Assembly (NCBI GenBank): GCA_009914755.4
Contig: CP068257.2
Span: forward strand, 10,016,001 to 10,080,000
DNA: 64,000 bases
Reading direction: 5' to 3'
Source of the DNA: the human T2T-CHM13v2.0 reference genome, Homo sapiens
In this document: piece after piece, positions 1 through 12,500 of the stretch
Layout of the letters: every line of letters begins with the position of its first letter
How positions within the stretch are numbered: position 1 is the stretch's first letter
Position numbers and translations under genes: made by a program
Notes under the pieces: model-generated
What the model saw: the letters and a program-made list of their open reading frames with translations, nothing else
Told to the model about the DNA's origin: nothing
Databases searched by the model: none

Positions 1-1447
1 GGTCCATCAAAAGAAAGTTTCAACTCTGTGAGATGAATGCACCCATCACGAAGAAGTTTCTCAGAATGTTTCCATCTAGGTTTATGTGAAGATATTTCCT
101 TTTCCACCACAGGTCTCAAAGCGCTCCAAATGTCCACATGAAGATTCTACAAAAAGAGAGTTTCAAAACTGCTCAGTCAAACAAAGGGTTAACTCTGTGA
201 GATGAATGCACACATCACAAAGAAGTTTCTCAGATTGCTTCTGTCTAGATTTTATGTGAAGGTATTTCCTTTTCTACCATAGGCCACCAAGTGCTCCAAA
301 TGCTCACCTGCAGATTCTACAAAAACAGTGTTTCCAAACTGCTCAATCCAAAGAAAGTTTCAACTCTGTGAGATGAACATACACATCACAAAGAAGTTTC
401 TCAGAATGCTTCTGTATAGTTTTTTATGTGAAGATATTTCCTTTTCTACCATAGGCCACAAAGCGCTCCAAATGTCCACTTGCAGATTCTACAAAAAGAG
501 TGTTTCCAAACTGCTCAATGAAAAGAAAGGTTCAATCCTGTGAGATTAACGCACACATCACAAAGAAGTTTCTTGGAATTCTACTGTCTAGTTTTTCTGT
601 TAAGATATTTCCTTTTCCACCATAGGCCTCAAATCGCTCCAAATGTCCACTTGCAGATTCTAGAAAAATAGACTTTCAAAACTTCTCAATGAAAAGAAAA
701 GTTTATCTCTGTGGGATGAATGCACACATCACAAAGTAGTTTTTCAGATTGCCTCTGTCTAGATTTTGTGTGAAGATATTTGCTTTTCCACCATAGACCT
801 CAAAGCGTTCCAAATGTCCTCTTGCAGGTGGTACAAAAATAGAGTTTCAAAACTGCTTCATCAAAACAACGGTTTAATTCTGTCAGATGAATGTACACAT
901 CACAAAGAAGTTTCTCAGATTGCTTCTGTCTAGATTTTATGTGAAGATATTTCATTTTCTGTCATAGGCCGTAAAGCGCTCCAAATGTCCAGTTGCAGAT
1001 TCTACAAAAAGAGTCTTTCCAAACTGCTGACTCAAAAGAAAGTTTCAACTCTGTGAGATGAACGCATACATCACAAAGAAGTTTCTCAGAATTATTCTGT
1101 CTAGTTTTTATGGGAAGATATTTCCATTTCAACCATTGGCCTCAATGCGCTCCAAATGTCCACTTGCAGATTCTACAAAAAGAGAGTTTGAAAACTGCTA
1201 AATCAAAAGAAATATTGAAGTCTGTGAGATGACTGTGCATATCACAAAGAAATTTCTCAGATTACTTCTGTCTAGATTTTATGTGAATATATTCCCTTTT
1301 TTACCAAAGGCCGCAAAGCGCTCGAAATGACAATTTGCAGATTCTACAAAAAGTGTGTTTGCAAACTGCTAAATCAAAAGGAATGTTCAACTCTGTGAGA
1401 TGAACACACACATCACAAAGTTGTTTCTCAGAATATTTCTGCCTAGT
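1..1447 (-). repeat. Alpha satellite array, 171-bp monomers, reverse-complement of the conventional consensus orientation. D-type, dimer-like, alternating ...CAGATTGCTTCTGTCTAGATTTTATG... and ...CAGAATGCTTCTGTATAGTTTTTTATG...
   Basis: 171-bp periodicity is visible directly. Reverse-complemented monomers read ...TTGTAGAATCTGCAAGTGGACATTTGGAGCGCTTTGAGGCCTATGGTGGAAAAGGAAATATCTTCACATAAAA..., which is the alpha satellite consensus. The block starts at the window edge, so the array extends upstream. Confidence 0.95.
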
Positions 1448-2335
1448 TTATTTTTATTTATTTTTATTTTTTATTATTATACTTTAAGTTTTAGGGTACA
1501 TGTGCACATCGTTCAGGTTAGTTACATATATATACATGTGCCATGCTGGTGCGCTGCACCCACTAACTCGTCATCTAGTATTAGGTGTATCTCCCAATGC
1601 TATCCCTCCCCCCTCCCCCCACCCCACAACAGTCCCCAGAGTGTGATGTTCCCCTTCCTGTGTCCATGTGTTCTCATTGTTCAATTCCCACTTATGAGTG
1701 AGAATATGCGGTGTTTGGTTTTTTGTTCTTGTGATAGTTTACTGAGAATGATGATTTTCAATTTCATCCATGTCCCTACAAAGGACATGAACTCATCATT
1801 TTTTATGGCTGCATAGTATTCCATGGTGTATACGTGCCACATTTTCTTAATCCAGTCTATCATTGTTGGACATTTGGCTTGGTTCCAAGTCTTTGCTATT
1901 GTGAATAATGCCGCAATAAACATACGTGTGCATGTGTCTTTATAGCAGCATGATTTGTAGTCCTTTGGGCATATACCCAGTAAGGGGATGGCTGGGTCAA
2001 ATGGTATTTCCAGTTCTAGATCCCTGAGGAATTGCCACACTGACTTCCACAATGGTTGAACTAGTTTACAGTCCCACCAACAGTGTAAAAGTGTTCCTAT
2101 TTCTCCACATCCTCTCCAGCACCTGTTGTTTCCTGATTTTTTAATGATTGCCATTGTAACTGGTGTGGGATGATATCTCATTGTGGTTTTGATTTGCATT
2201 TCTCTGATGGCCAGTGATGATGAGCATTTTTTCATGTGTCTTTTGGCGCATAAATGTCTTCTTTTGAGAAGTGTCTGTTCATGTCCTTCGCCCACTTTTT
2301 GATGGGGTTGTTTGTTGTTTTCTTGTAAATTTGTT
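1448..2335 (-). mobile_element. LINE-1 (young L1PA/L1HS-like) 3' fragment on the minus strand. It carries the ORF2 C-terminus, the 3'UTR and a poly(A) tail, seen as T-rich TTTTTATTTATTTTTATTTTTT at the left end.
   Basis: The sequence matches the reverse-complemented L1 3' end (…TTTAAGTTTTAGGGTACATGTGCACAT…GGGGGGAGGGG polypurine tract…). The minus-strand ORF at 1681-2295 translates to the L1 ORF2 C-terminus (…MIDWIKKMWHVYTMEYYAAIKNDEFMSFVGTWMKL…). Alpha satellite resumes on both sides. Confidence 0.93.
1681..2295 (-). pseudogene. Open 204-aa remnant of the L1 ORF2 C-terminus. It is a 5'-truncated fragment, not a host gene.
   Basis: The ORF-track protein matches L1 ORF2 C-terminal consensus motifs ([43 protein letters not shown]). 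Confidence 0.9.
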
Positions 2336-3050
2336 ATTTGAATATATTTCCTTTTCCACCATAGACCTCAAAGCGTTACAAATGTCCACTTGCAGATCGT
2401 ACAAAGATAGTTTCAAAACTACTTCATCAAAAGAAAGGTTTAACTCTGTCAGATGAATTCTCACATCAGAAAGAATTTTCTCAGATTGCTTCTGTCTAGA
2501 TTTTATGTGAAGATATTTCCTTTTCTGCCACAGGCCACAAAGTGCTCCAAATGTCCACTTGCAGATTCAACAAAAAGAGTGTTTCCAAATGACCCAAACA
2601 AAAGAAAGTTTCAACTCTGTGAGAGGAATGCACACATCACAAAGTAGTTTCTCAGAATTTGTCTTTCTAGTTTTTATGAGAAGATAATTCCTTTTTCACC
2701 ATAGGTCTCAAAGCCTTCCAAATGTACAAATGCAGATTCGACAAAAAGAGAGTTTGAAAACTGCTCAATCAAAAGAAAGGGTTAACTCTGTGAGATGAAT
2801 ACACAAATCACAAAGAAGTTTCACAGATTGCTTCTGTCTAGATTTTATGTGAAGATATTTCCTTTTCTACCATAGACTGTAAAGTGCTCCAAATGTTCAC
2901 CTGCAGATTCTACAAAAAGAGTGTTTCCAAAATGCTCAATCCAAAGAAAGGTTCAACTCTGTGAGATGAACATACACATCACACAGAAGTTTCCCAGAAT
3001 GCTTCTATATAGTTTTTATGTGAAGATATTTCCTTTTCTACCATAGGCCA
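2336..3050 (-). repeat. Alpha satellite, minus orientation, D-type (dimer-like) monomers.
   Basis: The monomer pattern is the same as 1-1447 and continues immediately after the L1 insertion, so the L1 interrupts a single array. Confidence 0.93.
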
Positions 3051-5924
3051 CTCCGTGAGATGAATGCACACATCACAAAGAAGTGTGTCAGAATGCTTCT
3101 GTCTAGTTATTACGTAAAGATACTTCCTTTTCCACCAGACACCAAAAAGCGCTCCAAATGTCCACTTGCAGATTCTACAAAAAGAGTGTTTCAAAGCTGC
3201 TCAATCAAAAGAAAGTTCAACTCTGTGAGATGAATGCACACATCAAAAAGAAGTTTGTCAGAATGCTTCTGTCTGGTTTTTATGTGAAGATATTACCCTT
3301 TCCACCATGGGCCTCAAGGCGCTCCAAATGTCCACATCCAGATTCTACAAAAAGAGCTTTTGAAAGCTGGTCAATCAAAAGAAAGTTTCAACTCTGTGAG
3401 ATGAATGCACACATCACAAAGAAGTTTGTCACAATGCTTCTGTCTAGTTTTTATGTGAAGATTTTTCCTTTTCCACCATTGGTCTCACAGCACTCCAAAT
3501 GTCCACTTGCAGATTCTACAATAACAGTGTTTCAAAGCTGCTCAATGAAAAGTAAGGTTCAACTTTGTGAGATGAATGCACACATGATGAAGACATTTGT
3601 CAAGATGTTTCTGTCTAGTTCTCATGTGAAGATATTTCCTTTTCCACCATAGGCTTCAAATCACTCCAAACGTCCACTTGCAAATAGTACAAAAAGCGTC
3701 TTTCAAAACTCCTCAATCAAAAGTAAGATTCAATTCTGTGAGATGAATGCACACATCACAAAGAAGTTTGGTAGAATGCTTCTGTCTAGTTTTTATGTGA
3801 AGATATTTCCTTTTCCACCATAGGCCTCAAAGTGTTCCAAATGACCACTTGCAGATCCTACAAAAAGAGTGTTTCAAAGCTGCTCAATCTAAAGAAAGGT
3901 TCAACTCTGTGGGATGAATGCACACATCACAAAGAAATTTCTCACCATGCTTGTGTCTAGTTATTAAAGGAAGATATTTCGTTATCCACCATAGGAATCA
4001 AGTTGCTCCAAATGTCTACTTGCAGATTCTACAAAAAGAGTGTTTCAAAACTGCTCAATGAAAAGTAAGTTTCAACCCTGTGACATGAATGCACACATCA
4101 GAAATAAGCTTGTCGGAATGCTTCTGAGTAGTTTTTATGTGAAGATATTTCCTTTTCCACCATATGCCTCAAAGCGCCCCAAATGACCACATGAAGATTC
4201 TGCAAAAAGGGTTTCAAAACTGCTCAACGTAAAGTAAGGTTCAACTCTGTGAGATGAATGCACAAATCACAAAGAAGTTTGTCAGAATTCTTCTGTCTAG
4301 TTTTTACGTTATTTCCTTTTCCACCATAGGCCTCAACGTGCGCAAAATGTCCACTCAGATTCTACAAAAATGGTGTTTCAAAGTTGCTCAATCAAAAGAA
4401 ATGTTCAACTCTGTGAGATGAATGTACCCGTCACAAAGGAGTTTGACAGAATGCTTCTGCATAGTTTTTATGTGAAGGTATTCCTTTTCCACCATTGGCC
4501 TCAAAGCACTCCACATGTCCGCTTGCAGTTTCTACAAAAAGAGTGTTTCAAAACTGCTCAATCAAAAGAAAGGTCCAATTCTGTGAGATGAATGCACACA
4601 TCACAAAATTTTTTCAGAATGCTTCTGTCTAGTTTTTATGTGAAGATATTTCATTTTCCACCATAGGCCTCAAAGCGCTCCAAATGTCTACGTGCAGATC
4701 CTACAAAAAGAGTGTTTCAAATTGGTCATTCAAAACTAATTTTCAACTCCATAAGATGAATGCACCCATTATGACGAAGTTTGTCAGAATCTTTCTCTAT
4801 AGTTTTTATGTGAAGATATTTCCTTTTCCGCCATAGGTCTCAAAGCACTCCAAAAGTTTACTTGCAGATTCTACAAAAACAGTGTTTTTAAGCTGCTCAA
4901 ACAAAAGAAAAGTTCAACTCCGTGAGATGAATGCACACATCACAAAGAAGTTTTTCATTATGCTTATGTCTAGTTTTTATGTGAAGATATTTCCTTTTCC
5001 ATCATAGTCCTCAAAGTGCTCCAAATGTCCAGTTGCAGATTTTACAAAAAGAGTGTTTCAAAACTGCTCAATCAAAAGAAAATTTCAACTCTGTGACATG
5101 AATGCACACATCACAAAGAAATCTCTCAGAATGCTTCTGTCTAATTTTTAATTGAAGATATTTATTTTTCCACCATAGGCCTCAAAGCACTCAAATGTCC
5201 ACTTGCTGATTCTACAAAAAGAGGGTTTCCAAACTACTCAATCAAAAGAAAGGTTCAACTCTGTGAGATAAATGCACACATCACAAAGTAATTTGTCAGA
5301 ATGCTTCTGTCTAGTTTTTATGTGAAGATATTTCCTTCTCCACCATAGGCCTCAAAGCACTCCAAATATCCACTTCCAGATAGTACAAAAAGGGTGTTTC
5401 AAAACTGCTCAATCAAAAGCAATGTTCAACTCTCTGAGATGAATGCACACATCACAAAGAAGTACCTCAGAAAGCTTCTGTCTAGTTTTAATGTGAAGAT
5501 ATTTCCTTTTCCAACATAGGCCTCTTAGGGGCCAAATGTCCACGTGGAAATTCTACAAAGAGTGTTTCAAAACTGCTCAATCAAAAGAAAGATTCAACTC
5601 TGTGAGATGAATGATCACATCACAAAGAATTTTCTAAGAATGATCCTGTCTAGATTTTTTGTGAAGTTTTTACCTTTTCGACAATAGGCCTCAAAGCGCT
5701 CCAAGTGTACACTTGCAGATTCTACAAAAAGAGTTTTTCAAAACTGTTCAATGCAAAGGAAGTTTCAACTCCATGAGATGAATGCACACATCACAAAGGA
5801 GTTTGTCAGAATGTTTCAGAATAGTTTTTATGTGAAGATATTTCCTTTTGCACCATCGGTTGCAAAGCCCTCCAAATGTCCATTTGCAGATTCTACAGAG
5901 AGTGTTTCAAAACTGGTCAATCAA
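3051..5924 (-). repeat. Alpha satellite, minus orientation, K-type monomers. The diagnostic is GTTTGTCAGAATGCTTCTGTCTAG, which is CTAGACAGAAGCATTCTGACAAAC on the other strand.
   Basis: A truncated monomer junction sits at 3051-3062 (CCATAGGCCACT|CCGTGAGATGAATG). From that point on the monomers carry the CTGACAAAC variant. Confidence 0.85.
5911..5924. other. Left copy of the Alu target-site duplication, AACTGGTCAATCAA.
   Basis: An identical 14-mer recurs at 6236-6249, immediately after the Alu poly(A). Confidence 0.9.
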
Positions 5925-6237
5925 GGCCGGGCACGGTGGCTCACGCCTGTAATCCCAGCACTTTGGGAGGCCGAGGCGGGTGGATCATGAGGTCAGGAGA
6001 TCGAGACCATCCTGGCTAAAACGGTGAAACCCCGTCTCTACTAAAAATACAAAAAATTAGCCGGGCGCGGTGGCGGGTGCCTGTAGTCCCAGCTACTCGG
6101 GAGGCTGAGGCAGGAGAATGGCGTGAACCTGGGAAGCGGAGCTTGCGGTGAGCCGAGATTGCGCCACTGCAGTCCGCAGTCTGACCTGGGCGACAGAGCG
6201 AGACTCCGTCTCAAAAAAAAAAAAAAAAAAAAAAAAA
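5925..6237 (+). mobile_element. Full-length AluY (Yb-lineage features) with a poly(A) tail of about 25 nt.
   Basis: The element starts GGCCGGGCACGGTGGCTCACGCCTGTAATCCCAGCACTTTGGGAGGCCGAGGCGGGTGGATCATGAGGTCAGGAGATCGAGACC…. Near the 3' end it has GCAGTCCGCAGTC (the 7-bp duplication typical of Yb8), plus GGGAAGCGG and GAGATTGCGCC. It ends in A25 and is flanked by a perfect TSD. Confidence 0.95.
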
Positions 6238-6249
6238 CTGGTCAATCAA
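6236..6249. other. Right copy of the Alu TSD, AACTGGTCAATCAA. It overlaps the last A's of the tail.
   Basis: Exact match to 5911-5924. Confidence 0.9.
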
Positions 6250-6578
6250 AAGAATGGTTCAACTCTGAGATGAATGCACACATCACAAAGAAGTTTGTCA
6301 GAATGTTTCTGTCTAGTTCCTAAGTGAAGATACTTCCTTTTCGACCATAGGCCTCATAGCGCTCCAAATATCCACTTGCAGATTCTACAGAGAGTTACCA
6401 AATTACTCAATCAAAAGAAATGTTCAACTCTGTGAAATGAGTGCACACATCTCAAAGAAATTTGTTAGAATGCTTCTGTCTAGTTTTTATGTGAAGATAT
6501 TTCCTTATCCACCATAGGCCTCAAAGCACTCCAAAAGTCCACTTGCAGATAGCACAAAAATTGTGTTTCAGAACTGGA
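6238..6578 (-). repeat. Alpha satellite, minus orientation, K-type. These are the last monomers before the strand switch.
   Basis: The repeat pattern simply continues after the Alu. Confidence 0.9.
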
Positions 6579-9500
6579 CAGAAACACTCTGACAAACTTC
6601 TTTGTGATGTGTGCCTTCATCTCACGGAGTTGAACATTTCTGTTGATTGAGCAGTTTTAAAACACTATTTTTGTAGATTCTATAAGTGTACAATTGGAGC
6701 GCTTTGAGGACTATGGTGGAAAAGGAAATATCTTCACATAAAAATTAGACAGAAGCATTCTGACAAACTGCCTTGTGATGTGTGCATTCATCTCACAGAG
6801 TTGAACATTTCTTTTGATTGAACAGCTTTGAAACACTCTTTTTGTACAATCTGCAAGTGGACATTTGGAGCACTTTGAGACCCATGGTGGAGAAGGAAAT
6901 ATCTTCACATAAAAACGAGAAAAAAGAATTCTGAGAAACTCCTTTGTGTTGAGTGTGTTAATCTCACACAGTTGAGCCTTTCTTTTTATTGAGCAGTTTG
7001 GAAACACTCTTTTGGTAGAACCTGCAAGTGGACATTTGGAACAATTTCAGGCATATGGTGAAAAAGGAAATATATTCACATAAAAACTAGACAGAAGCGT
7101 TCTGACAAACTTCTATGTGATATGTGCATTCATCTCACCGTGGTGAAACTTTGTTTTGATTGAGCAGCTTTGAAACACTCTTTTTGTAGTATATGCAAGT
7201 GGACATTTGGAGCGCTTTGAGGCCTATAGTGGATAACCAAATATATTCATATAATAACTAGACAGAAGCATTTTGAGAAACTTCTTTGTGATGTGTGAAT
7301 TCATCTCACACTGATTTGAACCTTTCTTTTGATTGATCATCTTTGAAACACTCTTTTTGTAGAATCAGCAAGTGGATATTTGGAGCGCTTTGAGGCCTAT
7401 GGTGGAAAAGGAAATATCTACACATAAAAACCAGACAGAAGCATTCTGACAAACTTCTTTGTGATGTGTGCATTCATCTCACAGAATTGAACCTTACTTT
7501 TCATTGAGCAGTTTTGAAACACTCTTTCTGTAGAATCTGCTAGTGAGCAATTGGAGGACTTTGAGTCCTATTGAGGAAAAGGAAATGTCTTCATATAAAA
7601 ACTAGAAAGAAGCCTGCTGAGAAACTTCTTTGTGATGTGCGCATTCATCTCACAGGGTTAAACCTTGCTTTTCATTGAGAAGCTTTGAAACACTCTTTTT
7701 GTAGAATCTACAAGTGGACATTTGGAGCACTATGAGGCCTATGGTGGAAAAGGAAATATCTTCACATAAAAACTAGACAGACTATTCTCACAAACTTCTT
7801 TGTGTTGTGTGCATTCATCTCACAGAGTTGAACCTTACTTTTCATTGAGAAGTTTTGAAACACTCTTTTTGTAGTATCTGCAAGTGGACATTTGGAGCGC
7901 TTTGAGGCCTATGGTGGAAAAGTAAATATCTTCAGGTAAAAAGTAGACAGATGCATTCTGAGAAACTACTTTGTGATGTGTGCATTCATCTCACAGAGTT
8001 GAACCTTTCTTTTGATTGAACAACTTTGAAACACTCTTTTTGTAGAATCTGCAAGTGGACATTTGGAGAGCTTTGAGGCCTATGGTGGAAAAGGAAAAAT
8101 CTTCACATAAAAACTAGACAGAAGCATTCTGACAAACTTCTTTGTGATGTGTGCACTCATCTCACAGAGTTGAACCTTATTTTTCATTGAGCAGTTTTGA
8201 AATACTCTCTTTGTAGAATCTGCAAGTGGACATTTCGTGCGCTTTGAGGCCTATGGTGGAAAAGGAATTATCTTCACATAAAAACTAGACAGAAGCATTC
8301 TGACAACCTTCTTTGTGATATGTGCATTCATCTCACAGAGTTGAACCTTACTTTCGATTGAGCAGTTTTGAAACACTCTCTTTGTAGAATCTGCAAGTGG
8401 ACATTTGCTGCACTTTGAGGCCTATGGTGGATAACAAAATATCTTCATATAATAACTAGATGGAAGCATTATGAAAAACTCCTTTATGATGTGTGCTTGC
8501 ATCTTACAGAGTGGAACCTTTCTTTTGATTGAGCAGCTCTGAAACACTCTTTTTGTAGCATCTGCAATTGGACATTTGGAGTGCGTTGAGGCCTTTGGTG
8601 GAAAAGGAAATATCTGCACATAAAAACCAGAAAGAAGCTTTCTGACAAACTCCTTTGTGATGTGTGAATTCATCTCACAGAATTGAACCTTACTTTTGAT
8701 TGAGCAGTTTTGAAACACCCGTTTTGTAGTATCTACAAGTGGACATTTGGAGTGCTTTGAGGCCTATGGTGGAAAAGGAAATATTTTCACATAAGAATTA
8801 GGCAGAAGGATTCTGAGAAATTCCTTTTTGATGTGTGCATTCATCTCACAGAGTTGAACCTTACTTTCGATTAAGCAGTTTTGAAACACTCTTTTTTGTA
8901 GAATCTGCAAGTGGACATTTGCTGCACTTTGAGGCCTATGGTGGTTAATGAAATATCTTCATATAATAACTAGACAGAAGCATTATGCCAAACTTCTTTA
9001 TGATGTGTGCATTCGTCTCACAGAGTGGAACCTTTCTTTTGATTGAGAAGCTCAGACACACTCTTTTTGTAGCATCTGCAATTGGACATTTGGAGCGCTT
9101 TGAGGCCTTTGGTGGAAAAAGGAAATATCTTCACATAAAAACCAGAAAGAAGCTTTCTGACAAACTTCTTTGTGATGTGTGCCTTCAGCTCACAGAGTTG
9201 AACCTTTCTTTTGATTGAGCAATTTGGAAACCCTCTTTTTGTAGAATCTGCAAGTGGACATTTGGAGTGCTTTGAGGCCTATGGTGGAAAAGGAAATATC
9301 TTCACATAAGAACTAGGCAGAAAGATTCTGAGAAATTCCTTTGTGATGTGTGCATTCATCTCACAGAGTTGAACCTTACTTTCGATTGAGCAGTTTTGAA
9401 ACACTCTTTTTTGTAGAATCTGCAAGTGGACATTTGCTGCACTTTGAGGCCTATGGTGGTTAATGAAATATCTTCATATAACAACTAGACAGAAGCATTA

Positions 9501-12500
9501 TGACAAACTTCTTTGTGATGTGTGCATTCGTCTCACAGAGTGGAAACTTTCTTTTGATTGAGCAGCTCTGAAACACTCTTTTTGTATAATCTGCAATTGG
9601 ATATTTGGAGTGCTTTGAGGCCTTTGGTGGAAAAGGAAATATCATCACATAAAAACCAGACAGAAGCATTCTGACAAACTCCTTTGTGATGCGTGCATTC
9701 ATCTCATGGAATTGAACCTTACTTTTCATTGAGCAGTTTTGAAGCACTCTTTTTGTAGAATCTACAAGTGGACATTTGGAGCACTTGAGAGCTATGGTTG
9801 AAAAGGAGATATCTTCACATAAAAACTAGACAGAAGCATTCTGACAAACTTCTTTGTAATGTGTGCATTCACATCACAGAGTTGAACCTTACCTTCAATT
9901 GAGCTGTTTCAAAACACTCTTTTTGTAGAATCTGCAAGTGGACATTTGAAGCACTTGAGGCCTATGTTGGAAAAGGAAATATCTCCACATAAAAATTAGA
10001 CAAAAGCATTCTGACAAACTTCTTTGTGATGTGTACATTCATGTCACAGAGTTGAACCTTACTTTTGATTGAGCAGTTTTGAAGCACCCTTTTGGTAATA
10101 TCCACAAGTGGACATTTGGAGTGCTTTGAGACCTTTGGTGCAAAAAGAAATATCTTCACATAAGAACTAAACAGAAGCATTCTGACAAATTTCTCTGCGA
10201 TGGGTGCATTCATCTCACAGATTTGAACTTTATTTTGATTAAGCAGCTTTGAAACACTGTTTTTGTAAAATCTGCAAGTGGACATTAGGAGCGCTTTGAG
10301 GCCTATGTTGGATAACGAAATATCTTGACGTAAAAACTAGATAGACGCATTCTGACATACATCTTTGTGATGTGTGCATTAATCTCTCAGAGTTGAAACT
10401 TAATTTTCATTCAGAAGTTTTGAAATACTCTTTTTGTACTATCTGCAAGTGGACATTTGGAGCGCTTTGAGGCCTATGGTGGAAAAGTAAATATCTTCAC
10501 ATAAAAACTAGACAGAAGCATTCTGACAAACTTCTTTGTGATGTGTGCATTTATCTCACAGAGTTGAACCTTACCTTTCATTCAGCAGTTCTGAAACACT
10601 CTTTTTGTTGAATCTGCATTTGGACATTTGGAGAACTTTGAGGCCAATGGTGGAAAAGGAAATATCTTCACATAAAAACTAGACAGAAGCATTGTGACAA
10701 CCTTCTTTGTGACATGCGCATTCATCTCACAGAGTTGAACCTTACTTTTGATTGAGCAGTTTTGAAACACCCTTTTTGTAATGTCTGCAACTGGACATTT
10801 GGAGTGCTTTGAGGCCTATGGTGGAAAAGGAAATATCTTCACATAAAAACCAGACAGAAGCATTCTCACAAACTTCTTTGTGATGTGTGCATTTATCTCG
10901 CAGAGCTGGACCATTCTTTTGATTGAGCAGCTTTGAAACACTCTTTTTGTAGAATCTGCAATTGGACATTTGGATCACTTTGAGGCCTATGGTGGAAAAG
11001 GAAATATCTTCAGATAAAAACTAGACAGAAGCATTTTGAAAAACTTCTTTGTGACGTTTGCATTCATCTCACTGACTTGAACCTTTCTTTTGATTGAGCA
11101 GTTTTGAAAAAGTATTTTATAGAATCTGCATGTGGACATTTGGAGCGCTTTGAGGCCTATGGTAGAAAAGAAAATATCTTCACATGAAAACTACACAGAA
11201 GAATTCTGACAAACTTCTTTGTGATGTGTGCATTCATCTCACAGAGTTGAACCTTTCTTTTGATTGAGCAGCTTTGAAACACCCTATTTGTAAAATCTGC
11301 AAGTGAACATTTGGTGCGCTTTGAGGTCTCTGGTGGAAAAGAAAATATCTTCACATACAAACTAGACAGAAGCATTCTGACAAACTACTTTGTGATTTGT
11401 GCATTCATCTCACAGAGTTGAACCTTTCTTTTGATTCAGCGGGTTTGAAACACCCTTTTTGTAGAATCTGCAAGTGAACATTTGGAGCACTTTGAGGCTG
11501 ATGGTGGAAAAGGAAATATCTTCACATAAAAACTAAACAGACGTATTCTGACAACCTTCTTTGTGATGTGTACATTCATCTCACAGAGTTGAAACTTACT
11601 TTTGATTGAGCAGTTTTGAAACATCCTTTTTGTGCTATCTGCAAGTGGACATTTGGAGTGCTTTGAGTCCTATGGTGGAAAAGGAAATATCTTCACATAA
11701 GAACTAGACAGAAGCATTCTGAGAAATTTCTTTGTGATGTGTGCAATCATCTCACACAGTTGAACCTTACTTTTGATTGTCCAGTTTTGAAAAACTCTTT
11801 TTGTAGAATCTGAAAGTGGACATTTGGAGAGCTTTGAGGCCTATGATGGATAACGAAATATCTTCATATAATAAATAGAGAGAAGCATTATGTTAAACTT
11901 TTTGTGATGTCTGCATACATCTCACAAAGAATTGAAACTTTCTTTTGATTGAGCAGCTTTGCAACATTCTTTTTGTGGAATCTGCAAGTGGACATTTGGA
12001 GTGCTTTGAGACCTATGGTGGATAACGAAATATGTTCACATAAAAATTGGACAGAAGCATTCTGAGAAACTTCTTTGTGATGTGTGCATTCATCTCACAG
12101 AGTTGAACCTCCCTTTTGATTGAGCACTTTGGAAGCACTCTTTCTGTAAAATCTGCAAGTGGACAATTGGAGTGCTTTGAGGCCTATGGTGGAAAAGGAA
12201 ATATCTTCACATAAGAACTAGACAGAAACATTCTGAGAAATTTCTTTGTGATGTGTGCAATCATCTCACAGAGTTGAACCTTACTTTTGATTGTCTAGTT
12301 TTGAAAAACTCTTTTTGTAGAATCTGAAAGTGGACATTTGGAGCGCTTTGAGTCCTATGATGGATAACGAAATATCTTCATATAATAAATAGAGAGAAGC
12401 ATTATGATAAACTTTTTGTGATGTCTGCATACATCTCACAAGGAGTTGAAACTTTCTTTTGATTGAGAAGCTTTGCAACATTCTTTTTGTAGAATCTGCA

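Noticed and set aside
1438-2345. Target-site duplication for the L1 3' fragment at 1448-2335.
   Set aside because: The flanks restore the alpha monomer approximately (CTGCCTAGTTTA | … | ATTTGAATATATTTCC against CTGTCTAGTTTTTATGTGAAGATATTTCC), but I could not identify an unambiguous TSD by eye. I leave it unannotated.
6570-6590. Perfect palindrome or hairpin at strand switch 1.
   Set aside because: The two arms meet at different monomer phases, and the arm lengths and sequences are not mirror-identical. It is an inversion-type breakpoint, not a perfect inverted repeat.
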